A stretch of DNA of 64,000 nucleotides from the NCBI GenBank assembly GCA_041640595.1, contig JBEPZY010000008.1, positions 130,773 to 194,772 of the forward strand. The letters run 5' to 3'. Shown piece after piece: positions 11,430-22,079 of the stretch. The position numbers and the translations under genes are program-made. Numbering within the stretch: position 1 is the stretch's first letter; every line of letters begins with the position of its first letter. The notes beneath the pieces were generated by a model. The model did no database searches and was not told the origin of the DNA. It worked only from the letters and a program-made list of their open reading frames with translations. The DNA comes from Gemmatales bacterium. Its GTDB lineage: Bacteria > Planctomycetota > Planctomycetia > Gemmatales > HRBIN36.

Positions 11430-11655
11430 CGCTCTACCTCCCCTCTTTTTGTTTGGTCATCGCTGGGCGACGCTGGCGGAATAATATCTGAATCCGGGCG
11501 AAATTCCGTTCGGCAGGCTGTTTCTTTTCGTTATTGTTCTGAACGGTGCGACTATTGTAAAGACCGTTCGCTTCTCCGCCATACCTTTCCCGCTCGTGCC
11601 TGCATGGGGCAAGCATTTCGCCAGGTGGGACCGGACGCCACTTTTCGCAAACCAG

Positions 11656-12465
11656 CTACCTGTCCACTCCCCGCCAGCTTAGGAGGTCGCCCTCTTGCAG
11701 ATCGGTAACGAACATGTGGCCGGGTTTGTGAGTGATAACCAGTTCGGGTCGGCTCTCGGTAACCACCGCCTGGGGAGTTACGCCACACGCCCAGAATACC
11801 GGCACTTCCCCAGGATAAATGGGAACCGCATCGCCATAATCGGGCCTGCCGAGATCGCGGATACCGATTTCTTCCGGATCGCCAAAGTGCACAGGCGGGC
11901 CGTGGGCGAAACTATAAAGTTCGCAGATTCGTACCGCTCGCAAAACCTGTTGCGGTTTCATCGGCCGCATAGACACTACCAGCGGTCCATGCAATCGGCC
12001 TGCGGGTTGGCAGGCGATGTTGGTTCTATACATCGGCACATTGCAACCACATTCGAGATGCCGCACGGGTATCCCGGCCCGAAGTAAAGCACGCTCAAAG
12101 CTGAATGAACAACCTAACAAAAAAGCCACTAAATCGTCGCGCCAGTAATCGCGGATATCCACCGGTTCCGCTATCAGTCGCCCATGCTCATAGATACAGT
12201 AACGAGGCAAGTCCGTGCGTAAATCCGCTCCTGCTGCACAGTATTTCGGTTCCGGTGAACCTGAGTCGGTAACCTCTAATAGCGGACATGCACGGGGATT
12301 GCGCTGGCAAAAAAGGAGAAAATCAAACGCCCAGCTTTGCGGCACGATCACCAGGTTCGCCTGCACATAGCCTAACGCCAGGCCAGCTGTGGGCCCAGCC
12401 CATCGTTGCTCACGACACAACTGCCGGATTTCTTTTCCTGTTGCTGAGGCTAGCTGCGCAAGCAT
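11656..12465 (-). CDS. Putative hydro-lyase / D-glutamate cyclase family (DUF1445)
   Basis: QANLV, FCQRNP..CPLL, GCSFSFE, NVPMY, VVSMRP, FWACGVTPQ and PGHMFVTD. Confidence 0.9.
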   Translation of the reverse strand: MLAQLASATGKEIRQLCREQRWAGPTAGLALGYVQANLVIVPQSWAFDFLLFCQRNPRACPLLEVTDSGSPEPKYCAAGADLRTDLPRYCIYEHGRLIAEPVDIRDYWRDDLVAFLLGCSFSFERALLRAGIPVRHLECGCNVPMYRTNIACQPAGRLHGPLVVSMRPMKPQQVLRAVRICELYSFAHGPPVHFGDPEEIGIRDLGRPDYGDAVPIYPGEVPVFWACGVTPQAVVTESRPELVITHKPGHMFVTDLQEGDLLSWRGVDR

Positions 12466-12570
12466 GAGACGATTTCCCGCTCACCCTGATCCCACTAATC
12501 ATCCGCTGACCACTCTTTAGAATATAAGTCGCAAGGGCCCATGCCGCTTTATTCTTCGATTGTATTTTGG

Positions 12571-13644
12571 CTATTTCGACGCTGGTTTTAGCTGCTTGAA
12601 TTGCTGGCTATAGATGCGCGTGGTTCGTAACTCCCGGCTACCGTGCTCGACGGAAGGCTCAATTTCCGTGCCCTCATGCCATTCGTTCCAGCTGGTAATA
12701 AGTATCCAATCTGGCCGGGCGTTGATCGCCTCCTGCCATAAGACCTTATAAGTATCTCCGTCAAATCGGCGAGTAATAGGACGGGGTGGTTGGCGTTCCT
12801 TGAGTTTGCTATCATCGTAACCCGGAATGAGAGTCAGGCAACTAATCTTATCGGGTTCCGCTAATCGCACCCAATCTGGGAAATGCCTTTTCGCCCATTG
12901 CTGAATCTGTTGCGGCGTCTTACCAGCGGTGTGTTCCGTGATGTTATAGGTATGAATGCCATCAAAAACACGGGCTGCAGACTTAGATAACCGATCACCG
13001 ATCCAGATAGCTCCAGGCGGCTGGCGTTTCTCTACTTCAGCGATGACCTGTCGCCAGCCGTCCAGGCCAATTTGATCCAGGGCTCGAGCATATACGAATA
13101 GCACAGGCTTATTTCGTACCCGTAACCAGGCCGGATGCTTGCTGTATTTGCTTAGAATATAGGTCGCATAGTCAACGGCTTGATGAACAGTTTTTTGTGG
13201 AACCGTTTCGATATAGGCGGTTATGACCATGCCATGTTTGTTAGCCGTGTCCAGCAACAATGGAAACCCGGCATCGTGGAAATCGCCCGGCCGCCACCAC
13301 GTAGCTATGAAGCCGTCTATACCGGCGTTTCTCGCCTGTTTACAATGGCGCTCAACGATAGCGGGATCGTGGCTATCATAAACACCGGCAGCAGGATAAT
13401 GGGTGGAGTTAGCAATGCGCTGGTGAACGCTATCCACGCCTTCCCAGTGAACCCAGCGTCCACTCTTTTGGGGAATACCATACCAACCGTAATAGAAGGC
13501 TAATACCATTCGCGGCACCCGGCCCGATTCTTTTTGATTATCGGCAAGTGCGAACTTAGCACTTGCCTGGGTGAGAATCAATTGCACGCATGCTAAGAAT
13601 AGAAAGCCGCTAAGAATTATCGTAAGGCCTACGCGATTTTTCAT
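12571..13644 (-). CDS. Secreted glycoside hydrolase, GH99-like
   Basis: Signal peptide; AFYYGWYG, YDSHD, AGIDGF, PGYDD and ITSWNEWHEGTEIEP. Confidence 0.85.
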   Translation of the reverse strand: MKNRVGLTIILSGFLFLACVQLILTQASAKFALADNQKESGRVPRMVLAFYYGWYGIPQKSGRWVHWEGVDSVHQRIANSTHYPAAGVYDSHDPAIVERHCKQARNAGIDGFIATWWRPGDFHDAGFPLLLDTANKHGMVITAYIETVPQKTVHQAVDYATYILSKYSKHPAWLRVRNKPVLFVYARALDQIGLDGWRQVIAEVEKRQPPGAIWIGDRLSKSAARVFDGIHTYNITEHTAGKTPQQIQQWAKRHFPDWVRLAEPDKISCLTLIPGYDDSKLKERQPPRPITRRFDGDTYKVLWQEAINARPDWILITSWNEWHEGTEIEPSVEHGSRELRTTRIYSQQFKQLKPASK

Positions 13645-14795
13645 AAGGCACTGCCTCCTTCTTCCACACCGTGTTTTACGGAAGTCGCGTCCAATCTTAG
13701 AAGGCGGTAAGCGGGGACGTTATCAAGCTCGGCCAGTCGCTGCTGGGTCACGGTGATTGCTTTCCAGGAAGCATCTACACCTATCCAGCGCCGACCTAAA
13801 AGTTCGGCCGCGATCAGTGTAGTGCCGGAACCGGCGAAACAATCCAGCACAATATCACCAGGGCGGGAGGATGTCTCTATGATCGTTTTGAGCAAGTCTA
13901 AGTTTTTCTCGGTAGGATAGCGAGGATAGGCCGGGTCTTTGAATATCCAGACATCCTGGCGTTTTTTACCGTGAGCCGAGACTTCATCGGCATAGATAAT
14001 TTTGCGAGGGTTACCAGAAGCCGACCATTCAATACGACCGAGCTGATCCAGGCGCTCTAATTCTTCCGGCGGATAACGCCAGTGTCTTCCGGGAGGTGGT
14101 TTTCGCCCGCGCCAGCTTTGCCCGGTGGCGCCGTTCTCGGTTTCTCCGGGGGCGTGTAACGGCGTGGTCGTATAACGACGGCCATACTGATCCACCTTCG
14201 GAAACAGTCGGGCTATGTCTTCCGACGACAACGGCTCTCGCGGATCGTTCCAGACGTACTGATTCGTCTTGCTGTAAAAGAGGATCGTGTCCTTAATGTT
14301 GCCGTAAGCACGGCGGGAAAAGTTTTTGGGATTGCACTTGATACGGGTAATATCGTTGATAAAGTGTTCGGCACCGAATATCTCGTCCATTAAGACCTTG
14401 ACATAGTGTCCGATTTTACAGTCTATATGCACATAAATCGAGCCATCCGCAGCAAGCAACTCGCGCAACAATTGCAGGCGTTGCCGCAGGAAATCCAGGT
14501 ATTCTTCGCCGGTCAGGCGATCGTGATAAGCAAGGAGTCCACGACGTGGCCGACTTACCGTAGCCGCGTGGCCGGGTCTATAAATAAAATCCTGGTTAGT
14601 GGCGAAGGGCGGATCTATATAAACGAGCCGAATCCTGCCGCATAATCTTTCCTGCTTGCATAAATAGCGCAAGGCCAGCAGGTTTTCGCCATGAATCAAG
14701 AGGTTTTCCCAGGCAACTAATCCCGGTTGGCTATGCCCGCAATCCCGGTCGGGGCTTAGAGAAACCGTGTTATTAGCGGAGTTTTTTCTCGGCAT
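13641..14795 (-). CDS. Amino (m6A/m4C) DNA methyltransferase, beta class, apparently orphan
   Basis: YIDPPF (motif IV) precedes YPTEK and LDCFAGSGTT (motif I); no adjacent restriction endonuclease. Confidence 0.92.
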   Translation of the reverse strand: MPRKNSANNTVSLSPDRDCGHSQPGLVAWENLLIHGENLLALRYLCKQERLCGRIRLVYIDPPFATNQDFIYRPGHAATVSRPRRGLLAYHDRLTGEEYLDFLRQRLQLLRELLAADGSIYVHIDCKIGHYVKVLMDEIFGAEHFINDITRIKCNPKNFSRRAYGNIKDTILFYSKTNQYVWNDPREPLSSEDIARLFPKVDQYGRRYTTTPLHAPGETENGATGQSWRGRKPPPGRHWRYPPEELERLDQLGRIEWSASGNPRKIIYADEVSAHGKKRQDVWIFKDPAYPRYPTEKNLDLLKTIIETSSRPGDIVLDCFAGSGTTLIAAELLGRRWIGVDASWKAITVTQQRLAELDNVPAYRLLRLDATSVKHGVEEGGSAL

Positions 14796-14861
14796 CGTAA
14801 CTAATGTTTCTGGGCTGGCATATTGCTCGGCGAGATTAGGGCATAGCTATCGTGGTAGCGG

Positions 14862-15992
14862 TCAGGCGGAACAAGCGGGGCTTAGCCAGCGGCCAGGTCG
14901 CCAGCTACCGTTTTCGCGGATGATTTCGCGATACAGAGTATCGCGTTCGACAGGGATGCGGCCGGCCTCTTCGATAAGGCGACGCAGCTCGGCTACCGTG
15001 AGTTCCTGAGGTTCTTTGGAGCCTGCGTCGTGATAGATTTTTTCATGCACAACCGTGCCATCTATATCATCTGCACCGAAACTAAGTGCGATTTGAGCAG
15101 TTTTCACGCCGAGCATAACCCAGTAGGCCTTGATATGTGGAAAGTTGTCCAGCATGAGCCGGCTGATCGCTATGGTCTTGAGATCGGTCAGCACACTGGG
15201 TTTCGGAAGGTGGGCCAGACGGGAATTTTCCGGATGGAACGCTAAAGGAATGAACGTTTGGAACCCGCCTGTTTCGTCCTGCAACTGCCGCAAGCGGATC
15301 AGGTGATCAATGCGGTGCCAGGGCTTTTCAATGTGTCCGTAAAGCATGGTCGCATTGGAACGCAGACCGAGTTCATGGGCTTCACGGTGAATGCGCAGCC
15401 AGGTTTCGGCATCCGCCTTATGCTCACAGATTTGGTCGCGAATTTCGGGGTGAAAAATTTCCGCACCGCCCCCCGGCAAACTTCCCAAGCCCAGCTCTTT
15501 ACACTCGGCTAGCAAATCTTTCGTGGGCCGACCAGTGATTCGGGAAAACCAGTCCCACTCCACGGCTGTATAGGCTTTGAGGTGCAGTTGCGGATAGTGG
15601 CGATGGATCAGCTCGAGGATGTGGCGATACCATTCGTAGGGCATCTGGTGATGCAAGCCACCGACAATGTGCATTTCGGTCGCCCCGCGAGCGTGGGCCT
15701 CGGCAGCGCGTGCTAAGATTTCCTCGTCGGACATGAGATAGCCTTTGGGGCTTTTCAAGTCGGCGCGGAACGCGCAAAACGTACAGCGATACACGCAGAC
15801 ATTGGTCGGGTTGAGGTGCACGTTGACGTTGTAATAGGCATATTTGCCATGCAAACGTTCGCGGACAAGGTTGGCCAGCTGGCCGAGCGTGAAGAGATCG
15901 GCGTGCTCGTAAAGATAGAGGCCTTCCTCAAAAGTCAGGCGCTGGCCATTTTCGACCTTATCGCGGATGGCGTGGAGTTGACGGTCGAGCAT
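14862..15992 (-). CDS. mqnE: Aminofutalosine synthase (radical SAM)
   Basis: NPTNVCVYRCTFCAF, PGGGAEIF, NATMLYGHIE, HIKAYW and VERDTLY. Confidence 0.92.
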   Translation of the reverse strand: MLDRQLHAIRDKVENGQRLTFEEGLYLYEHADLFTLGQLANLVRERLHGKYAYYNVNVHLNPTNVCVYRCTFCAFRADLKSPKGYLMSDEEILARAAEAHARGATEMHIVGGLHHQMPYEWYRHILELIHRHYPQLHLKAYTAVEWDWFSRITGRPTKDLLAECKELGLGSLPGGGAEIFHPEIRDQICEHKADAETWLRIHREAHELGLRSNATMLYGHIEKPWHRIDHLIRLRQLQDETGGFQTFIPLAFHPENSRLAHLPKPSVLTDLKTIAISRLMLDNFPHIKAYWVMLGVKTAQIALSFGADDIDGTVVHEKIYHDAGSKEPQELTVAELRRLIEEAGRIPVERDTLYREIIRENGSWRPGRWLSPACSA

Positions 15993-16028
15993 AAGGGTAT
16001 CTCCGCTTTTGAGCGAGTTTCACGCAAT

Positions 16029-17465
16029 TTATTGTAGCGGAACTGGCATGGAAGGGAGTAATTGCTCGGCGGTTCGCTGAATGAGTTGCCAGGCTTGCTG
16101 GACATGGTGCGGTTCGGTGCGCAGGTTGCCGACGCAGAAACGCAAGGTGAACCGGTCACGCACGCGGGTATGCGTAAGGTAGAGCCGACCGCTGGCATTG
16201 AGGCAGTGAAGCATCTGTTCGTTGGCGATGTCGTCGGCGCGCAGGCGGAAACAGACCAGGTTAAGTGAGACCGGTGCGGCCAGCTCAAAGCGGGAATCAG
16301 AAGCGATCCAGTCGGCAAACTGATGGGCCATGGTTACGTGCCGGCGAACCATTCGGCGAATTCCTTCGGCTCCGAAACTGCGAAGCACGAACCAGAGTTT
16401 CAAAGCGCGAAAACGCCGGCCCAGAGGAATTTGCCAATCGCGGTAATCAATCACTTGGCCCGATTCGCTGGCGGCGTTGCGGAGATATTCCGGCAAAACA
16501 GCCAAGCTGGCGATCAGTGCTTTGCGATCAGCAACGAAAAAACAATCGCAATCGAAATTCACGCCCATCCACTTGTGGGGATTGAAACAGTAACTGTCGG
16601 CCAGTTCGAGTCCGTCGTGAATCCAGCGAAATTCAGGGCAAATGGCCGCGGTACCGGACATGGCGGCGTCCACGTGCAACCAGAGCCCGTAACGGCGGCA
16701 AATTTCGCCAATCGGCCGCAGCGGATCATGGGCTTGAGTCGAAGTGGTGCCGAGCGTGGCGCAAACAAAAAAGGGAACACGACCCGCCTGCCGATCGGCG
16801 AGGATGGCGGCTTCTAAAGCCTGAGGCTGCATGGCGAAGGTATCGTCCACGGCAATACGCCGCAGTGCCGCTGATCCCAGACCGGCAATGCGCAGGGCTT
16901 TCTCGACGGAAGAATGGGCTTCCGTGGATGCGTAGGCAGTGAAGCGCTGAACGATGCCATTGGCGTTCGTGGTACCGTCGGAAGCGCGCTCGCGGGCAGC
17001 CAGAACAGCACAAAGCGTGGCACTGGAAGCGGTGTCCTGAATCACGCCACCACCCTGGCAGCGCGAGGAGAACTTGTCTGGCAAACCGAGCAACTGAACC
17101 AGCCAGTCGAGCACATGCGTTTCCAATTCCGTGCAGGCCGGACTGGTTTGCCAGAGCATGCCCTGCACGCCCAGCCCTGCCGCCAGCAATTCGCCCAGAA
17201 TTGACGGATACGAGTTGTTGGCTGGATAAAACGCAAAAAAGTTTGGCGATTGCCAGTGGGTTATCCCCGGCAAGATGTGCTGCTGAAAATCGGCAAAAAT
17301 ACGAGCAAAGTCCTCAGCTGCTTCTGGTGGCGAGTCTGGTAAGCGCGAACGAACTTCGCCAGGCCGAACCGGCGACAGCACCGGGTAACGTTCGACATTT
17401 TCCAGATACTCGGCAATCCAATCCACCAGGCGATAGCCCCAGTGGCGAAACTCATCGACAGTCAT
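16029..17465 (-). CDS. Group II PLP-dependent (aromatic L-amino-acid) decarboxylase
   Basis: PGITHWQSP, SPACTELE, HVDAA, NPHKW and WQIPLGRRFRALKLW. Confidence 0.93.
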   Translation of the reverse strand: MTVDEFRHWGYRLVDWIAEYLENVERYPVLSPVRPGEVRSRLPDSPPEAAEDFARIFADFQQHILPGITHWQSPNFFAFYPANNSYPSILGELLAAGLGVQGMLWQTSPACTELETHVLDWLVQLLGLPDKFSSRCQGGGVIQDTASSATLCAVLAARERASDGTTNANGIVQRFTAYASTEAHSSVEKALRIAGLGSAALRRIAVDDTFAMQPQALEAAILADRQAGRVPFFVCATLGTTSTQAHDPLRPIGEICRRYGLWLHVDAAMSGTAAICPEFRWIHDGLELADSYCFNPHKWMGVNFDCDCFFVADRKALIASLAVLPEYLRNAASESGQVIDYRDWQIPLGRRFRALKLWFVLRSFGAEGIRRMVRRHVTMAHQFADWIASDSRFELAAPVSLNLVCFRLRADDIANEQMLHCLNASGRLYLTHTRVRDRFTLRFCVGNLRTEPHHVQQAWQLIQRTAEQLLPSMPVPLQ

Positions 17466-17549
17466 GGCAGGTGGCCTTTTTAGTCAGCCGTCAGCAGCAA
17501 TGCAAGACGGGTATGCGAAGCCAGACGATTCCGGAAAGGCCTGTTGCGT

Positions 17550-18824
17550 TCAGGCCGAGGCCAGCACCGGCAAAACGTATGGGCCTTTCGGAATAACAGC
17601 CAGGCGTGCGTTCGGGCCATATTCGTTCAATGCCTCGGCGACGGCTTGTTCGACCGATGCTGCCGGTTCCACATGGCATTGCCGCAACACCTCGGCCGAC
17701 AGGCCATCGCTAACCACTTTCACGCGACAACGCTCCAGCACTTTGGCCAGCTCTTCCAGCTGCCATTGATCGAGCACGAAGTAATCGCGGCCGAGGATAC
17801 GCTGTTTGAACCGGCGAATATCCGGATTTTCGAGAATGAGTCGGTAAAACTCGGGGCTACCCACGCCCTCGCTCAAACTGGCGGCCAGGATGATCGTTCC
17901 ACCACGCTTGACTATCGGCAAAGCTCCCGTCAGGCCCTTGATCGCCTGATACCAGGTGGTATCCAGCGGATAGCCTGCAGCAGTGGTAACAACTACATCC
18001 ACCGGTTCGGGAACGGGAACGCGTACCAGTTGTTCGCAGAACTGCACCCCTTGCTGCCAGGCACGTTCCATATCCCCGGCACCGATCCAGGTGATGCGCC
18101 GCTGGCCGTCTATGCAAACGTTCACGATGAAATCGCAACCTGCCAACCGGGCGATCGCTGTCGCCTCTTCATGCACCGGGTTGCCATCCACTATGCCACA
18201 ATCCGCGCGGGGATGCTCGAGAAAATCAGGCCCGTGCCAGAATTTCACCGTCTCCAACGCCGCCAGACCGGGACAGATCACTTTGCGTCCACCAGAATAT
18301 CCCGCCATCAGGTGAGGTTCAATCAGGCCCGTGGTGATCTTGAGGTCGGCCTCGACATAGCGACGGTCAATGTAAACCGGCACGCCTCGGGGTGAGTAAC
18401 CCAGGAAACTGTGTTCGTGCAGACGTTTGCCATAATGGTTCTCGATGCGGTAGCGGCTAACGATCTCCGCACCGAGCATTTCTTCCAGTTCGGCGCCGAG
18501 ATTTGGCCGATGCAGGCCCGTTGCGATCAGAATGAGGATGTTTTGACGCTGAATGCCAGCTTCTTCTAAGGTTTGCAGGATTGGGGGCAGGAGAATGCGA
18601 TTGGGCACCGGGCGGGTAATATCGCAAACGACTACGCAAGCATTTCGGCGACCGCGAGCCAGTTCCGCCAGCGGAGGCGTGCCAATCGGTTGTCGCAGGG
18701 CTTGCCAGACCGCGGTTTCAGGTTCGCGGATCGGCTCAGCCGTGCGAATTTCGAGTGGCCCGATGGTTTGTTCGGGCAATTCCACTTCCAGGCCAGTGCG
18801 ACCGTAATCCAGCTTGACTCGCAT
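17550..18824 (-). CDS. larA: Nickel-pincer-dependent lactate racemase family protein
   Basis: [33 protein letters not shown] and GYPLD..YQAIKG; start placed at MRVKLDYG. Confidence 0.88.
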   Translation of the reverse strand: MRVKLDYGRTGLEVELPEQTIGPLEIRTAEPIREPETAVWQALRQPIGTPPLAELARGRRNACVVVCDITRPVPNRILLPPILQTLEEAGIQRQNILILIATGLHRPNLGAELEEMLGAEIVSRYRIENHYGKRLHEHSFLGYSPRGVPVYIDRRYVEADLKITTGLIEPHLMAGYSGGRKVICPGLAALETVKFWHGPDFLEHPRADCGIVDGNPVHEEATAIARLAGCDFIVNVCIDGQRRITWIGAGDMERAWQQGVQFCEQLVRVPVPEPVDVVVTTAAGYPLDTTWYQAIKGLTGALPIVKRGGTIILAASLSEGVGSPEFYRLILENPDIRRFKQRILGRDYFVLDQWQLEELAKVLERCRVKVVSDGLSAEVLRQCHVEPAASVEQAVAEALNEYGPNARLAVIPKGPYVLPVLASA

Positions 18825-19138
18825 GTTCTTGCTCCACGGGGATGAGTCTGCTCGCAGGCCTATTTTATTGGTTCGCGGTGAGCCATTTCCATCTGGCCCT
18901 ACCAATGTGTCGCGTCGCAACGCAAGTGGCATCCTGCTTCTGCTGGAAACGGCTTTTGGGCAGGTGTGTTCCGCCCGCAGAATCGGCACGTTCCACTCCA
19001 CTGCCCTATTTGCGACGGGTAACGCTTTCTGGTGCCTGGTATGGTTATCCATAGTCGAAGTTTGATCCTGGCACCTCAAGACGCTAACACCGGTTCACAC
19101 TTGCTCTTCATAGCGAAGGCAAGCTGGCAGGAAAACAG

Positions 19139-20362
19139 TCATACCGAGCATCGGCCGTTGCGGATGGACTGGGTCAGTTCGTCGAGCAAGCGGCGATGCG
19201 GGGCACTCAGGGGAATCGCATACGTTTGCTCCGCGGTGAGCCAGCGGCCGTGTGTGTGCTCCGACGTCAAACGCAGCCGGCCAGTTTCGCAAACGGCAGA
19301 CCAGACCTCCATCGCAAAACGAAATCGGGTAACACCGTAACGGATCCTGGTCAGCACCGTGCCCGGCTGGACTTCAAGCCCTACGAGTTGCCGGCAAATT
19401 CGCGTTGTGGCTTGTTCGGAACGTTCATCGGGCAACAGGTCGGCATGGGGGAATTCCCATAACGAAGGCCAGCGCGATGCCTTGGGACTGCGTTGCAGAA
19501 CCAGCCAGCGCTTACCACGCCGTACTACAACACACACTTCCCGGACTTCGGTTACTCTGCGACGCTCGGTACGAACCGGCAGTTTATCCGCGCAAGACCG
19601 CTGATAGGCCCGACACAGTGCCGATACTGGACACAGCTGGCATTGCGGTTGCCGTACGGAACAAACGGTAGCTCCCAATTCCATCACAGCCTGATTGAAC
19701 AGGCCGGCCCCGTTGGCTGGCACCAGTCGCGCAGCAACTGCCCAGAGCCAGCGCTGCACTCCTGGTCGCTCGATCGGCTCGTGGCATTCCAACAGCCGGG
19801 CATAAACACGAGCGGAGTTCGCCTCGACAATTGGCAATGGCATGTCAAACGCCTGAGACAACACCGCATGAGCTGTGTATCGTCCCACGCCGGGCAAGCG
19901 TAACCAGTCCCGTGGCTGTCGGGGAAACTGACCGCCATGGGACGCCACAATCCTGCGCGCCGCTTCGTGCAAGGCCAGCGCGCGCCGGTAGTAGCCCAGT
20001 CCCTGCCAGAGTTGCAATACCTCTTGCGAAGAAGCCTGAGCCAGTGCCTGCACATTGGGAAACGTCTCCAGGAACCGTTGGAAATACGGCACCACTGTGC
20101 TCGCCTGAGTCTGCTGCAACATAACCTCACTCACCCAGATCGCATACGGATCGCGGGTCTGCCTCCAGGGAAACTCGCGGCGATGCCTTAGAAACCAGTT
20201 CACCAACGCTGTCGCCAGGATGCTTGCATATTCCCGGTTCGGCAACTCAGGAAAACGCGGCAGCTCCAACGAAACAGCAGGCCGAATTCGCCTACCGGCT
20301 GGGTTGCTCACTTTTTGCCTGCTCAAGAAACTTCGACGCTGCATGCCGGCCGGTTTCGCCAC
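19139..20362 (-). CDS. mutY: A/G-specific adenine glycosylase
   Basis: WVSEVMLQQTQ, WQGLGYY, LPGVGRYTA HhH motif, Fe-S motif CxxxxxxCxxCxxxxxC, C-terminal NUDIX-like domain; start uncertain. Confidence 0.92.
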   Translation of the reverse strand: MAKPAGMQRRSFLSRQKVSNPAGRRIRPAVSLELPRFPELPNREYASILATALVNWFLRHRREFPWRQTRDPYAIWVSEVMLQQTQASTVVPYFQRFLETFPNVQALAQASSQEVLQLWQGLGYYRRALALHEAARRIVASHGGQFPRQPRDWLRLPGVGRYTAHAVLSQAFDMPLPIVEANSARVYARLLECHEPIERPGVQRWLWAVAARLVPANGAGLFNQAVMELGATVCSVRQPQCQLCPVSALCRAYQRSCADKLPVRTERRRVTEVREVCVVVRRGKRWLVLQRSPKASRWPSLWEFPHADLLPDERSEQATTRICRQLVGLEVQPGTVLTRIRYGVTRFRFAMEVWSAVCETGRLRLTSEHTHGRWLTAEQTYAIPLSAPHRRLLDELTQSIRNGRCSV

Positions 20363-20365
20363 TGG

Positions 20366-21079
20366 CTAACCGGTGGTGCGTGGCCGACGCAGGTATTTAT
20401 CGAGAATGGCCTTGGCTGCTTCAGCAGTGGCCCGGGCATCATATTGCGGTTTTTTCGGAGGTGATTCCTCTTTTTTCTCCGGAGCAGCGGGATTTTGCAG
20501 GGAGGTATCGCTGCTCTTGGGCAACTCCAGAATGGTGCTACCACCCAGGTCTTCGCTAGAACGCTCGCTGGCGGGAACCGGCTGGCCACTCGTTTTATCC
20601 ACATTCAGCAACAATTCCTGGGCGATCAGGTCTTCCAGGTCACCGCTACTTGCGGATGGTTTTTGCGAACCCGGAGAGGCTTGTCCGGTTTGAGCCAACG
20701 TCTTGGAAGCAGCTGGTTTGGCAGCGGCTTTTTCCGGAGCAGACTCCGAAACCTTGGGCAATTTGGCACTGCTTCCCGTGGATTCCTGCACCAGTTTCAC
20801 CTTGAACACGAGCGGGCCAACTTTAAACTCGTCGCCGTCCGCTAACTCAATTTCCCCCTTGAGCAATCGTCCGTTGTGCAAGGTGCCGTTGGTGCTCTCG
20901 AAATCCTTTAGAAACGCCTTTCCTTCGCGGATAATGATGGCACAATGGCGTTTACTCACCAGTGGACTTACAGGCCGCAGATGGCAGTCCGGATCGCGAC
21001 CGATCAGGAACTGCGGCAATCGAATCGGAATTTCTTGGAAACCGCCCTGAGCACGTTTGACCAGCAGACTCAATTTCAT
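20366..21079 (-). CDS. FHA-domain protein
   Basis: IGRDPDC..VSKRHC..STNGT; low-complexity linker; C-terminal AAKAILDKYLRR. Confidence 0.9.
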   Translation of the reverse strand: MKLSLLVKRAQGGFQEIPIRLPQFLIGRDPDCHLRPVSPLVSKRHCAIIIREGKAFLKDFESTNGTLHNGRLLKGEIELADGDEFKVGPLVFKVKLVQESTGSSAKLPKVSESAPEKAAAKPAASKTLAQTGQASPGSQKPSASSGDLEDLIAQELLLNVDKTSGQPVPASERSSEDLGGSTILELPKSSDTSLQNPAAPEKKEESPPKKPQYDARATAEAAKAILDKYLRRPRTTG

Positions 21080-21362
21080 GGTTTGCTCCCGGCTCGATCT
21101 TGGCACGGGCGAGCTTTTCGCCCCCGGTACTGAACTTCCATGCTGCGTGGGATGCTGTAACATCCCCGCTTATCCATCGCTTCTCTGTTCCTGCAAAAAC
21201 TGTAATTGGGCCTCTTCTGACCTGGGGCATACCTTACAAAGGCGACCAGCAATGCCGGCTCTCTATTTGATTGTATTGACCCAAACTTGTCCTGCAAGGG
21301 TTTTTCCCAACAATTTTTTTGAGGATGCCTCACGACAGAAAAACACCGCCGGGTTAAACACG

Positions 21363-21393
21363 GGAAGCCGGAAGGGGCAAGCTTCCGGCTTCC
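21363..21393 (-). terminator. 12-bp-stem hairpin, probable terminator of the TIGR03000 gene
   Basis: GGAAGCCGGAAG-N7-CTTCCGGCTTCC about 40 bp after the stop; weak U tract. Confidence 0.6.
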
Positions 21394-21431
21394 GCAATCG
21401 GCGAATTGTACGCCCGCTGGGGCGTGCTAAT

Positions 21432-22079
21432 TTACCGGCCGACGGAATACGTCATCATGTCCACTTCGGCAATTTCGCCGGCTCGGAAGCTAATCTGCCG
21501 CTCCATACGCTCGCCATTGGGCAATTCAACAGTCAGCGTGTAATAGAATGCTTTACCAGCTGGCAATTCGGGAGTGATGAAGGAGCGGCGAGATCCGGTC
21601 TGGCTGGTGGCTTGGCCGTCAATGTACAGCTTGGCGTCTTCCGGTACGAGCACGATCAGGCTCGCCTTATTGCCAAGGTCAGCCTTTTTCTCCTGGGGCT
21701 TCACCGGAATCTTTTCCGGCTTTGCTGGCTTAGCCGGTTCTGCTGGCATGGGGTGAGCGCCGACGCAAGCTGCACCGACGCACGCGGCGCGACGATGGTG
21801 TAGCCGGCTCAGCAAGCCACCATGGCAAGCACCGTGGCAAGCGGCCGCGCCATGACAAGCCGCTGCGCCATGGCAGGCACCTAAGCATGCCAGTCGCGCA
21901 TGCAGCCGACTCAGCAGGCCACCGTGACACGCGCCGTGGCACGCGGCAGCCCCGTGGCATGCCGCTGCGCCGTGACATGCTGCTGCACCGTGGCATGCAC
22001 CCGCGCAGGCTCCACCAAAAAGGGTCGCCGGTTGCGCTGTACCTACATTCAGAGCGAGAAGCAAGGTGAGGCTGTACAT
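21432..22079 (-). CDS. TIGR03000-domain protein with Cys-His-Gly repeats
   Basis: MYSLTLLLAL signal; nine CHG motifs; C-terminal VPEDAKLYIDG..T..TGSRRSFITPEL..G..FYY. Confidence 0.88.
   Translation of the reverse strand: MYSLTLLLALNVGTAQPATLFGGACAGACHGAAACHGAAACHGAAACHGACHGGLLSRLHARLACLGACHGAAACHGAAACHGACHGGLLSRLHHRRAACVGAACVGAHPMPAEPAKPAKPEKIPVKPQEKKADLGNKASLIVLVPEDAKLYIDGQATSQTGSRRSFITPELPAGKAFYYTLTVELPNGERMERQISFRAGEIAEVDMMTYSVGR

Noticed and set aside
10206..11708. 500-aa plus-strand ORF
   Set aside because: Antisense shadow of acs.
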